Source: Chiloscyllium plagiosum (taxonomy: Eukaryota). From it: 64,000 nucleotides of DNA. The position numbers and the translations under genes were made by a program. The notes below the pieces were generated by a model that made no database searches, was not told the origin of the DNA, and saw only the letters and a program-made list of their open reading frames with translations. Below are positions 12,860 through 24,604 of this stretch, piece by piece. Where the stretch lies: the NCBI RefSeq assembly GCF_004010195.1, contig NC_057720.1, positions 29,309,949 through 29,373,948 on the forward strand. The letters run 5' to 3'. Numbering within the stretch: the first letter of the stretch is position 1; each line of letters begins with the position of its first letter.

Positions 12860-13280
12860 GACCACAGGAACAGAGTAAGCTGGTCACCCTGTTGTACCTG
12901 TCCCCATCATTCAATACAATCATGGCAATGGAACACTTCAATACCTTTTAACCACCCCATTTCTATAACCCTTTATACAATGACCATTATAAAGCTATTA
13001 ATCTCTACCTTAAACATATTCAAAAACCAAGCTTCCAAAGCCCTCTGCAGTAGAAAATTCCAAAGGTTCACAACCTTCTGAGTAAAGAGAATCTTCCTTA
13101 TCTCAGACCTAAGTGATGTTCCCCTTATTTTTAAATTGGGCCTGCGGGTTGGAGAGTAGAGAACCATCTTAGCTTCGTGGACCTTCTATTTCTTAAATTA
13201 TTTTGAAAGTTTCAGGAGACCAGCTCTCATTCTTCACATGTTTAGAGAATACATGCCTTGTTTGTCCAAACTCTTCATAG
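12860..13280 (-). mobile_element. Old CR1 3' fragment
   Basis: Minus ORF 12973-13167 LKIRG...FTQKVVNLWN. Confidence 0.75.
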
Positions 13281-13289
13281 TCTAGAATT

Positions 13290-14330
13290 TTGTTTTGCCC
13301 CAACTGAAAAGATGCGAATCAAATTTAGTAAAGCTATCCTCCTCTGTGACTGGTGAGCAAAATGCATGTGCCCTCCTGGTTCTTTTCATGACTCTGCAGC
13401 ATTTGACACTTTTAACCATGTTACCTTTGCCAATGCCTCTCCTCCATTGTCTTTGCCTCCACTCTTTCCATTCTGTCACCCATTTTAAGAAACCATTCTT
13501 CCCCCTACCCTTGTGTTAATTTTAGAATCGGCCAAATGTTTACGTCGGGCTTCTTACACTTCATCTTCTTTATGTACATAACTGTCCCTTGGCAACACCT
13601 TCCAAAAGCATGAGGTTATCACCCACATTTACATTGAGGACAACGTTATCTCTCCACCACATCTCCTCAAACTCAATATCCAGTCTGAGATAAGCTAGAA
13701 TTTATTCCAGTTAAACACTGGGATGACCAAAGCCATTGCTTTTGTTCTATTTCCAAAAACAGTACCCTTGACATTCATTTCTTTCTCTCCCTTCCACTGT
13801 CTTAGACTTAACAAGACTGTTCACAGCCTTGACATTATAATTCACTTCAGATAAGCTCTGGTCCTTGCATCTCCTTCATAACAAGTTTGCCTTCTGTTCA
13901 GAGCACCTACTTCCATCTCAAACATAGGCCATTGTTCTCAAACACAGCCATATCTTTAATATCTCCAGATTTGACTATTTCAAACTTTCTGGCCAGCCTC
14001 CCATTCACTACTGATAGGATCAAAGTAGAGTGCAAAGACATCTGGATTTTCCCCTCATGTCATCGACTTTCTGCTCCCTGATCTACATTGGCCCTCAGTC
14101 CCCAAACATTTGTGTTTGCTTACTCCCAGACTTAGCATTCACTATTTCTTTCTTGTGGTCCTCTAAGAATTGTGTGTTTAAATCTGTCCTTGTAGACTAC
14201 TGACTGATTTCACCCGACCATTAGAGGCTGTGCTAAAAGCTGTCCAGGACCTGAGAGATTTCAGCAAGTTCCTAAACAAATGTCTATCTGCCTTTCTGAT
14301 CCTTTAAGACTTATTCCAAATTGCAATGTT
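13290..14330 (+). mobile_element. Ancient L2-type LINE RT fragment
   Basis: Degenerate LPLGNII.KH...H.YADD-like stretch (CCCTTGGCAACACCTTCCAAAAGCATG...CACATTTACATTGAGGACA), NxxKT-like and SRLDYSN-like (TCCAGATTTGACTATTTCAAAC) segments. Confidence 0.55.
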
Positions 14331-14829
14331 TAAAAGTATTTACAATACATACACATAGAAAATGCAAATCTTCACTTATCAACAAATAGGTATTTATAAA
14401 CTTTATATTAACTTTTAGCCCCATGACTGAGCTGTAAATTTATTTATCTGAACTTCCAACATGTATTTATGTCTATCAATTTTTAATGTTCTCAAAAACA
14501 TTTTCCATCAAGAATATTTCTCTCTCAGTAACATCCACTTTGTTTCTTTACTCTCTTCTGCAAGAAGAGAGGAATGTGGCTCGGAGTAAACTATTTAGCC
14601 TCACCGCCCCAAGCCCATGCTTCCATTCAATTAGATCATCTGCATCTTCAACCCATTTAACTTTAGGAGAGAATTAAAAGAAGAACACGACAAAGGGAAA
14701 GAGTACACAAAATCCAAGCAACAAGCAATATGAAAGTAAAATTCTCTGGGCACAGTACCAACAAAAGGAAAATAAAATTCAAATCAAACCTCTTTAGACA
14801 GCATCTTTGAAACCGACGTCAATTCCCAA

Positions 14830-15115
14830 TCCCTGAATAGAAAGACAAGAGCAGCACATACAGGGAAGCATTACTACCTGCAAGTTCCCCTCCAAGCCAA
14901 TCACCATCCTGACAGAGAAATGAATCACTGTTCCTTCACTGTCACTTTGTTAAAATCCTGGAACTCCCTCCCTAACTGCATTGTGAATCTAACTACAGTA
15001 GATGGACTGTAGTGGTTTAAGAAGGCAGCTCACCATCATGTCTTCAAGAGCAACTAGTGACGGGTAAGAAATATTGGCTCAGCCAGAGATGCTCACCTCC
15101 TAATTTTTTTAAAAA
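14830..15115 (+). mobile_element. 3' end of CR1-group LINE (second family)
   Basis: CTGCAAGTTCCCCTCCAAGCCA...AAATCCTGGAACTCCCTCCCTAAC...AAGAAGGCAGCTCACCA; shared with 17930-18205 and 60830-61100. Confidence 0.75.
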
Positions 15116-15119
15116 TTAA

Positions 15120-16280
15120 AAATAGGAAAACTACAAATGAACTAAATAGAGCCTCCTTTAATGTCAGAGAAATAACATAAGGATTGAATAACTACTTGGG
15201 CTTAGTTTTTAAGAGAGAAGATAAAGATAGACAACACATTTCAGGGTATACTTAAAAAGAATATTAATTCAGAAAACATAACAAGGGAAAAAATGACAAA
15301 CTAGCAAAACCAAAAGAGGATAAAGGCTTGAATGATATCAGCCCACGCATATGCAAAATAACAACTCCATAAAAAGGGGATTATATCTGAAAACTAGTGA
15401 GCAGCTAATGATGTTCATTTTAATAAAGAGAGAAATAGAACAAAAACTTGTAATGATAGCCCAGTCAAGATAATGTCAGCAATAGGAATAATACTGGGCT
15501 TGATACTGAAAGGAGTAATGAAATAGCAGGGACAGGAAGTACAATGTAACAAAAAAGCATGGATTCTGACTGATCAGATTACATTTAATAAAGAGGCGAC
15601 GGGAAGCATAGACAAGAATAATGCAGTAGATGCTATATTGGAATTTCCAAAACACCTTTGATTTGTATCACACAATAGGTTACATCAAAGGTGAGGGCAT
15701 TTGGAGTTGGGGACAAATAAGTAGTGAGTTGGCTCAAAAATAAATTGGAGTAATGTTAAATGGTAGTTATTTAAATTGGTGGATAGTTGGTGCTTCACAA
15801 AAATCAGTACTGGATCCACCTTCATTAGTAATATACATGAATTAATGATTTAGAGGCAAGCAAATTATCATCAAAATTTGCAGAAGATACTAAATTGGGG
15901 GTATACAGTTGTCCCCCCGTACACATGGGGGGATATGTTCCAAGACCTACTGTGGAAACCCAAAACCGTGGATAGGAGGTAACCCATTCAGTTAAATGGG
16001 AAGTGTACCTTCCCAGAAGCCTCCTGGTCCCTGGTTCTGGAACGTTCCCATATTATCTTTGGGCCACGGTAAAACAAGAGTAACTGAAACCGTGGAAACC
16101 GGACCCGTGGATAGCCAATACCGAGAAAACATTCAACAACGTAATATTAGAAAACTTGCAGACTGGATAATTAAGAGATAAATGTACTTTAACATAAATA
16201 AAGATCATACAGAAGTCATTCCTCATTGAGGACAAAACTAGAAATATTACTTGCGCTATAGAAAATAAGAAACTGAATAG
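15120..16280 (+). mobile_element. Very old CR1 RT fragment
   Basis: Degenerate GAATTTCCAAAACACCTTTGA (DFQKAFD-like) and TCAAAATTTGCAGAAGATACTAAATTGGGG (SKFAEDTKLG). Confidence 0.55.
15906..16120. mobile_element. Tigger/pogo-like (Tc1-mariner) MITE fragment
   Basis: Starts TA|CAGTTGTCCCCCCGTA...GGGGGATATGTTCCAAGACC; internal AAACCGTGGA repeats; right TIR not found. Confidence 0.55.
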
Positions 16281-17084
16281 TCTGTGCATTCCTATTTGAA
16301 TTCTTCTTAACTTTGTAGTTCTTGTGATGAAGCATTGACAGTTTCAAGATTTTAATTCCCTGACACTTAAAGAATGTAACATATGTCAATATCAGGATGA
16401 GATGGAGGGGAACTTGTAGATGAATGAATTCCCAAGTACTTGGTCCCCTTGTCTTCCTTAGTGGTGAAGCCATGTGTTTACAAAATGCTACTAAAGGTGA
16501 TACATAATTGTTATTCTAGTTAAATCAGGGGTGGCACTTGCAGTTATCTTCTTGTATTGTTTTGGTATTTTTCTGATTCTATAGGTAAAGGCAAGTGTGG
16601 ATATTGCACTGCAGGTGAAAGCAAAATGGCTTGCATTCTTTTTTCAATTAAGTAGCTCAAATCAGGAAGATTATGAACACTTCATTCCCGTACCCACTTT
16701 AGTATTTTGATTGCTGCAATGGATAATCTAACAATTTAGCTCACTATTTTTGAAATGCTATCATACAATTGCCATTAATACCCTATTTAAAAAGATGAGC
16801 TGAGTGCATAGAACATTTGGATGAGAAAATCAGAAAACTTCGTCAGGTAATTGTTCCTCATTGTTATAAAGTTCCAGCCTCAAATAAGGCTTGTTAGGCC
16901 AAATCATTTTAGATTTGCTATTTCTAAGACCTGGGAACCCACATAAAGGAATTTCCTTAACTGATTTCATGCTCCTTGAGTGAAACATTCCTGGTAATTT
17001 AGAAGTTTGTAATATTGTTTTCATAAGAACAAGAAATGTTTTACTAATGGATCAGCCCACAAATTATCCAGCTTCACCACATTG

Positions 17085-18205
17085 TAGACCAAGTGAGGAG
17101 TTGCAGATGGTGTTGAATATTGTGCAAGCATCAATGAACATCCCACTTCTGACCTTCCCTTCATCATGTGGTTACAAGTGGGGATATTTCCCAATGATTG
17201 CATAATGTTCAGCACCATTCGCCAATCCTCAGATACTGAAGCAGCCCATTTCCAAATGCAGCAGGACCTGAACAATATCCAGGCTTGGTCTGAGAAGTGG
17301 CAAGTATAATTTGTGTTACACAAATACCGGGCAATAACTATCTTCAATAGGAGATAATCTAATAACTGCCCTTTGGCAGTGTTACCATCACTGAATCCTC
17401 CACTATCAACATCTTTGGGGTTACCATGAATCAAAAATTCAACTAGACTCGCCACATAAATATAAGTAGCTACAAGCAGGCCAGAGGTTAGGAATACTGT
17501 GGTGAATAACTCTCCGAAGACTTTCCACCATCGAAAAGCACGTATCAGGAGTGTGATGGAATAATCTCCATTGCCCAGATGAGTGCAGGTGCAACAACAC
17601 TCAAGAAGCTTGACACCATCTAGACAAAACAGCTCACTTGATTGGCACCACTTTCACAAAGTTCTGAGGAAGGATCGCTCAACCTGTAATGTTTAACTCT
17701 GATTTCTCTCCACAAATGCTGCCAGACCTGCTGAACTTTTCCAGTAATTTCTGTTTTGTTTCTGATTTACAGCATCCTCAGTTTTTTCAGTTTTTATTTC
17801 CACAAACTTCCGCTCCCTCCACTACCGACACTCAGTAACAGCAGTGTGTACTACAAGATGCACTGTCAAAATTCACCAAAGATGCTTAGACAGCATCTTT
17901 CAAATCCACAAACACTTCTATCTGGAAGAACAAGAGCAGTAGATACATGAGAACACAACTACCTTCAATTGGCCCTCCAAACCACTCATCATCCTGACTT
18001 GGAAATCTATCACCATTCCTACACTGTCGCTGGATTAAAGTCCTGGAATTCCCATCTAAGAGCAATGTGGGTCAAACTACAGCATGTGGCCTGCAGCGGT
18101 TCAAGTAGGCAGCTCACCATCACCTTCTCAAGGGCAACTAGCGATGGGCAATAAATGCTGGCCAGCTAACGATGCCCACATCCCATGAGTGAAGTTATAA
18201 AAAAA
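17085..18205 (+). mobile_element. CR1-group LINE (second family) 3' portion with 5' fold-back
   Basis: QQDLNNIQAWSEKWQV region; 3' end GGGCAATAAATGCTGGCCAGC...CCCACATCCCATGAGTGAA + A tail; 17098-17155 is an inverted copy of about 17168-17228. Confidence 0.8.
17661..17797 (+). mobile_element. Old mini PLE pLTR insertion starting at a degenerate hammerhead
   Basis: GTTCTGAGGAAGGATC...GATGCTGCCAGACCTGCTGA-like body; short TSD TT(T/C)CACAAA at 17652-17660 and 17798-17806; host LINE contiguous across it. Confidence 0.7.
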
Positions 18206-18539
18206 CACATTCTCCTTACCTATCCAGATGGTAGCTATGTCTCAAAAGAACAATTTTTCATGAATCTTTCTGCTGGTCAGGATGAGAGCTGACAGAGGAG
18301 ACATTTTCTCATTTATGGTACATAGAAGATGATTTTATGAATGCATATCCCCACAGTTGTTTTGGATGGTAAATCATGAAGAGTGTTATTATAATTTCCC
18401 AATGCATACACCTAATGCCCATCAAAAACTTAAATTGGTATGTGAGTAAAGAAGTTACAGCTTTTGACCACAGCAAGGGTTAAATTTAAACATTTAAAAT
18501 TGCAACTGTCTTTTATGACCCTGGGGGAATCAGAAATTA

Positions 18540-18970
18540 ATTCACAGGCAGTTAAGTACTTTTTAGGTGTAAATACTGTTCAGACATCAGGACTGAGATG
18601 AGGAGAAACTTCTTCAACCAAAGGTTTGTAATCTTGAGCAATGTGGAAGCTCAGTTGTTGAGCATAATCAAGGCTAAGATAAATAGTTTTTCAGTTATTA
18701 AGGGAGTGACAGAATTTGCAGTCAGGAAAGTGGGAAGGGAATGGAGGTAGAAGATGATCAATTTAATGATGGAAAAGGCTTATTGGCCAAATTGCCTAGT
18801 TCAGCTTCTACTTCTTGTGTTTTTCTATCCTTGTGATGTGGGGGATTTCTGCACAGCAATGTATCCTAAACTGAAATAAAATGAGTAACAAATTTATAAT
18901 TTGTGAAGAAAAAATATTTGCTGGGACAATTGTATTCCTCTTGAAGTAGTGCCGTGAGATATTTTGCACT
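18540..18970 (-). mobile_element. Deu-SINE (SacSINE1/AmnSINE1-like) remnant interrupted by a CR1 3' fragment (about 18578-18825, +)
   Basis: TCCTCTTGAAGTAGTGCCGTGAGATATTTTGCAC and AAGTACTTTTTAGGTGTA resemble Deu-SINE segments, recognised from memory. Confidence 0.4.
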
Positions 18971-19510
18971 TTTATACATTACAATAGTGAGTACACTGTA
19001 TACTGGAAGGTATTGAGGCAGCCCGGATTCAGTTTACATCCAAATCTTAGCTGGCAGGAAGAGGGGAAAACTCTTGAGTCTAAATTAAAATCCAGTCTCT
19101 AAAGAGGAAAAGACAGTGTTCCACGTTACAGTTCTTTTCAGTGTACATTGTTGCCATCAGTAAAATACAGAATGCCACAGCAATGAATGTCAATATTGTA
19201 AAACAGGTCACATTTTTAAAAACATAAACTAATTGTAAGGACTTTTCAATCTGCAGTCAGCATGTTTGTTTTTAATGAGGTAGAATAAATGTGCAATCAG
19301 TTATTGAACAAGGTTTATATGCTCAACCAAGGATTTCAGAAATGCCACTCATTAAGCACTTAGCATTTGCATGGTAAAAGCCTGATAACAATTTCTTCCG
19401 TTTTATTACAGTGGCCTTGCAACAGATATAATTTTGAATTGATAGAATCACAGTATTTACTTTTCCCTTTTTCAACAAAACCTTTGGAGGAGATTGTTGA
19501 AATGGTCAGA

Positions 19511-19621
19511 AAGCCATGGTAACATTAAACTCTGCTGTATTTATTTGCTGGACAACAGCAATTCATCCTGCATGAATGGGCTGCTAAGTTGATTGCTATG
19601 GTAACTCGTTACTGTAGCAAC
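19511..19621. promoter_or_regulatory. Cluster of RFX X-box-like motifs
   Basis: ATTGCTATGGTAAC (19592-19605), GTTACTGTAGCAAC (19608-19621), AAGCCATGGTAAC (19511-19523) versus consensus GTTGCCATGGCAAC. Confidence 0.35.
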
Positions 19622-19859
19622 CACTGCAGTAACTAGGTGCTCCTTTAGCACTAGTGTGCAAAGAATATGGTAAATGTTTCAGAGTTATAAGTTGAGCCAG
19701 TGAAGGGCAAATCAAAAGTAATACAGATTTTTATACAATTTGACCCATTGCTATAACATAGACTGCTGAAACAGGATTCTGCGTAACTGATGAATTAGTC
19801 TGCAGTGTTTTCTGAAGCACAATCACAAAAGACAGGTCATTGGTCATTCCTTCACTAAG

Positions 19860-20725
19860 TTTAGACTATGGTGCACTGCGAGCAGTTCTGGTCACCCTCT
19901 TATAGGAAGGATATTATTAAACTGGAGAAAAGAGTTAACAGGATGTTGCCAGGAATGGAGCTTTCTGGAGAAAAGAGTTAACAGGATGTTGCCAGGAATG
20001 GAGCTTTTGAGATATAAAATGGACCAGAAAGGCTGGAACATTTTTCCACTGAGCATAGGAGGATGAGAGGTGACCTTACTGAGATCTATAAAATCATGAG
20101 GGGCACAGATAAGGTCAATGACAAGGGTCTTTTCTCTAGGGTGAGGGAGTTCAAAACTACGGTCATTTTTTAAGATGAGTGGAGAAAGATTTAAAGAGGA
20201 CCTGAGGGGCAATGTTTTTACACAGTGAATGGTTCATATGTGGAATGAACTGCCAGAAAGTGGATGCATGTACAGTTACAATGTTTAAAAGACATTTGGA
20301 TAGGCACATGAATAGGAAAAATTTTGAAGGGATATCGGGCAAACTAGTTTGGTTTGGGAATATTAGATTACTTACAGTGTGGAAACAGGCCCTTCGGCCC
20401 AACAAGTCCACACCGCCCTGCCGAAGCGCAACCCACCCATACCCCTACATATACCCCTTACCTAACACTACGGGCAATTTAGCATGGCCAATTCACCTGA
20501 CCTGCACATCTTTGGACTGTAGGAGGAAACTAGAGCACCCGGAGGAAACCCACGCAGACACGGGGAGAACGTGCAAACTCCACACAGTCAGTCGCCTGAG
20601 GCAGGAACTGAACCCAGGTCTCTGGCGCTTGAGGCAGCAGTGCTAACCACTGTGCCACCGTGCCGCCCGGCATGGAACGGTTGGACCGAAGGGTCTGTTT
20701 TCATGCCGTATGACTCTCTGACTCT
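19860..20725 (+). mobile_element. CR1 3' portion interrupted by a V-SINE; contains a 43-bp tandem duplication (19922-20006)
   Basis: CAGTTCTGGTCACCC, GGTGACCTTACTGAGATCTATAAAATCATG, tail GGACCGAAGGGTCTGTTT...TATGACTCT. Confidence 0.85.
20362..20668 (-). mobile_element. HE1-like tRNA-derived V-SINE
   Basis: Minus: GGGCGGCACGGTGGCACAGTGGTTAGCAC (A box), GGGTTCAGTTCC (B box), V-domain CTGTGTGGAGTTTGCACGTTCTCCCCGTG, CR1-like tail. Confidence 0.92.
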
Positions 20726-21054
20726 TACTCTCTGTAAATTAGAAAGAAAATTGCCTCCCAGACAAGTTATTTGTATTGGTACAATGTATGGAAGAAAGTA
20801 AAATAAGGAATGCAGAAATTAGGTGTTTTCTTCGTACTGAAGGCCTGATGTTTCCATAGATTTTTCACGTAGACATCATTGATCAGTCCATGCAGAATTT
20901 AACTTACTGATTGGCCTTAACAGGGGGACTATTTGGGACATATGAACAAGGCAGAAACATATTCAAAGGAGGCTGTGAATGTTCTGTGGTGAGGATTCAT
21001 GATAAACTGCAGCTGTTGAATGTTTTAATATTTCAGAAACCATCTGGTAACTTT

Positions 21055-21465
21055 ATTTGAATTGAAGTGAACTGAATTGAATTTGTTGTTACATGTACCG
21101 AGGTGCAGTGAAAAACTTTGTCTTGCGAGCAATACAGGCAGATCACAGAGTTAAATAGCATAGATAAGTAAATAATAGGTAAACAGTAGCAAAAACAAAA
21201 ACACAGGTACAGGCGAATGTTAAGAGTTTGTGAGTCCATTCAGTATTCTAACAACAGTAGGGTAGAAACTGTTTCAAAACCAGCTAGTATGTGTGTTTAG
21301 GCTTCTGTACCTTCTCCCCATTGGTAGTGGTTGTAGAAAAGAAATGCTAGGGTGGGATGGATCTTTGAGAATGCTGGCAGCCTTTCCTTTCCCATGGGAC
21401 CTGGTAGATTGGTTCTGTAGATGGGAGGTTGGCCTTTGTGATTGTCTGGGCCGAGTTCACCACTT
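21055..21465 (-). mobile_element. Rex1/Babar-type LINE 3' end
   Basis: Minus strand reads F*NSFYPTVVRILNG and PLFQPLP.GRRYR-like segments; ends in a (TTCAA)n-like tail. Confidence 0.6.
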
Positions 21466-22190
21466 ATTTCTTATTGTTTCCTGGAAAGTTGGCATTACTA
21501 ACAAGGCCATCTTAAATTTAATGCTTGAGATATTTTACAATAGTATTTTTGAGGGATTGTAGATGAGGGAATGGTTGTCTAAATTGGCCAGATGGCTTAC
21601 ATGTCACCTCACCTTACCCATAGACAGTATTACAGCACTTTGCCATGGATAAGCAAATAATTGCCTGACACCTGCCTTTGGACAGGAAATTCGAAAATAC
21701 TTTGTATAGATATTGGTAGCCTTAGAAAGCACAGGGAGGATCTTCATGAGACAATAATAACAAATACTTGCTTTTGTACATGATTGTTAGACCTGGTGTT
21801 CACTTTAACTTAATTGCAATTGACTGAAGTCCAGCAATTAAAGTCTGAGTTGGGAGAGCTGATGTTAAAAGGCATGCCTGAGACCAGCTAAAGACTAACC
21901 AAGCTAGATGAAAGTGTGTCTTTACAAGATTCACATAATTCATTAGATTAACCACAATAAGCAGTTAACATATAACAAAACATCACAATATTATTACCTA
22001 GAATATTATCAGACAAAATTTAATACAATTGTACAAGAGATGTCAGACAATGGCCAAAACGATTGATTTTAAGGAGATTCTTTAAGAAAGAGTTTGAACA
22101 GATACACACAGATCTTGAGGAAGGGAAATCTAGGGCAGATGAAGACATAGGCATCAACATACTATTAATACAGTATATGCAAGAGGCCAG

Positions 22191-22293
22191 TCCTGAAAAC
22201 AAAATATGTTGGAGATCACAGGGGTCAGGGAGCATCCATGGAGAGAAAGCAAGCTAACCTTTTGAACCTAGATGACTCTTCATTAGAGCCAGA
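22191..22293 (-). mobile_element. Old mini PLE pLTR insertion with degenerate hammerhead
   Basis: Minus: CTCTAATGAAGAGTCATCTAGGTTCAAAAGGTTAGC...; TSD GCAAGAGG(C/T)CAG at 22179-22190 and 22294-22305. Confidence 0.7.
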
Positions 22294-22624
22294 GCAAGAG
22301 GTCAGAATTGACACAATATAGATGCCCATTATGGTTTAGTTTTGAAACCGATTGCACAGTTAAGAAGGGGTTAGTTTATAGAAGAATTTGAAAACAAAGA
22401 TGAGGATCTTCAAATTGTAGTATTCTTTGCCTGGAAGTGAATCAGTGAACACAGGAGGGATGGATAAATAGAATTTGTTGTGAACAATAGAGTTTGAATG
22501 AGCTCATGTTTAAGAAGGGGGGAAATGAGATGCTGGCTAAGACTGTATTGGAACAGTCGATCTAAAATTCCACAAGTAAGAAAGGTCTTCAACAGTCGTC
22601 AAACAGAGAGACACTCTAGTAATT

Positions 22625-23118
22625 TTATTTCTTATTGTTTCCTGGAAAATGGGCATGACTAGTAAGACCAGAACTCATCTTAAATTCTTCATTTCCCTTG
22701 AGCTTCTAATTAAAAGTAGTTAGAAGCTCTGGGTCTGGAGTCACATGCAGGCCAGACCAAATAGAAATTGCAGGTTTCCCCTCTATAGGATATTAGTGAA
22801 CAGATGGGTTTTTACATCAGTCAGTGCTAGTTTCTTGATCACCATTATTAAGAGTTGCTTTCAATTCTAGATTTAGATATTTTTTAATCAACCTGTTCAG
22901 AAATGTCATTCCATACTCATATAGCAAGTAGAACTTGAACCCAGGCCTTTTTGAACCCAGGATACTACCACTGTCACAACAGCTCTCAACGCCGGATTTA
23001 ATTAATTGAACTGAAATTCCCCCAACTGCTATGGTGAGATTAAATCTATGCCCACAGAGCATTAGTCTCACCCTCTGGATTACTATTCCAGTGATATTAC
23101 CACAATTCCACCATGTCC
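22625..23118 (-). mobile_element. tRNA-headed SINE sharing body and tail with the CR1-group LINE; small tRNA-like SINE nested at about 22870-22995
   Basis: Minus: GGTGGAATTGTGGTAATATCACTGGAATAGTAATCCAGAG (A box + stem), body GGTCTGGCCTGCATGTGACTCCAGACCCAG, then degenerate LINE-like 3' tail, no ORF. Confidence 0.55.
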
Positions 23119-23407
23119 CCCACTTTTGGTCTTGGAAAAGAGTAAGTAAAGTAGGCTGCCTTGATAGTTATGTTGATCAGGAGCACATCTCAGGGTCAAA
23201 TATAAGGTTGCCAAGTTATGAGATACTGTGAGAAATACATGCTAAAAAAGCACCCAGAACAAGTTCTAGTTATTTCTACATAAACTAGTTTGATAGTTTA
23301 GTACAGGATACTGAAATTTTGGAGGTATCTTCATTCAAAGTTCCTCTGTTGAGCCACTGTGATTAGCTAGTACTTTACTAATCAGTAGATTCAAATGTAC
23401 ACATTGA

Positions 23408-23930
23408 AGTGGAAAGATGTTGTGAAACTTGAAAAGGTTCAGAAAAGATTTATAAACATATTGCCGGGGTTGGAGGATTTGAGCTACAGGGAGAGGCTGA
23501 ATAGGCTGGGGCTGCTTTCCCTGGAGCGTCGGAGGTTGAGGGGTGACCTTATAGAGGTTTACAAAATTATGAGGGGCATGGATAGGATAAATAGACAAAG
23601 TCTCTTTCCTGGGGTGGGGGAATCCACAACTAGAGGGCATAGGTTTAGGATGAGAGGGGAGAGATTTAAAAGAGACCTAAGAGGTCACTTTTTTCATGCA
23701 GAGGGTGGTACATGTATGGAATGAGCTGCCAGAGGAAGTGGTGGAGGCTAGTACAGTTGCAACATTTAAAAGGCATCTGGACGGATATATGAATCGGAAG
23801 GGTTTGGAGGGATATGGGCTGGGTGCTGGTTGGTGTGACTAGATTGGGCTGGGATATCTGGTCGGCATGGATGAGTTGGACCGGAGGGTCCATTTCTATG
23901 CTGTACATCTCTATGACTCTATGACTCTAT
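23408..23930 (+). mobile_element. CR1 3' end
   Basis: ORF 23395-23724 KDVVKLEKVQKRF...SLERRRLRGDLIEVYKIM; tail (CTATGACT)n. Confidence 0.93.
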
Positions 23931-24426
23931 GATGCCCTTGGAATAGAGAACGCACCGGCCACATTCCAAAGACTCTCAAACAGAGTTGCAGCTGGGTTAA
24001 CAAACTGTGTAGTCTAACTGGACATTGTAATGATCTTTAGTGAGTCATGGAAAGGTTACATGGTACTGTTGGCAGAGCTCTTTGAATGATTAAGAGAAAC
24101 AAAACTGGTAATAAATTTAAAGAAAAGAGAATTTGCGAATCCAGATGTGACGTGTTGGGACATAACATTGGTCATGGATGGTTGATCCCAAGGAACACAA
24201 AGACGAAGGCCATCGAGGGATTTCCATGACCAACCTTGAAGAAAGAGGTGTTTCGATTTTTGGGACTCAGCGGATTATACCAGAAGTTTGTTTCAAACTT
24301 CAGCAGCATTATGGCACTGCTACCAGATTTACTCAAGAAGAACACAAACTTTCAGTGGACAGAACAGTGCCAGGAGGCATTTGACAATTTAAAAGCAGAA
24401 TTAACCACTGCACCAGTTTTAGCAAC

Positions 24427-24604
24427 ACCAAACATTTTGAAACCCTTCAAAGTTGCAATCGATGTTAGCGACGTAGGAGTTGGAGCTGTACTGCTACGGG
24501 AACCTAGAACATAGAACCAAACATTTTGAAACCCTTCAAAGTTGCAATTGATGCTAGCGACGTAGGAGTTGGAGCTGTACTGCTACGGGAACATAGAACA
24601 TAGA
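24427..24604 (+). repeat. 89-bp tandem duplication spanning the Gypsy / CR1-tail junction
   Basis: ACCAAACATTTTGAAACC...CTACGGGAAC(C/A)TAGAACATAGA starts at 24427 and 24516. Confidence 0.93.
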
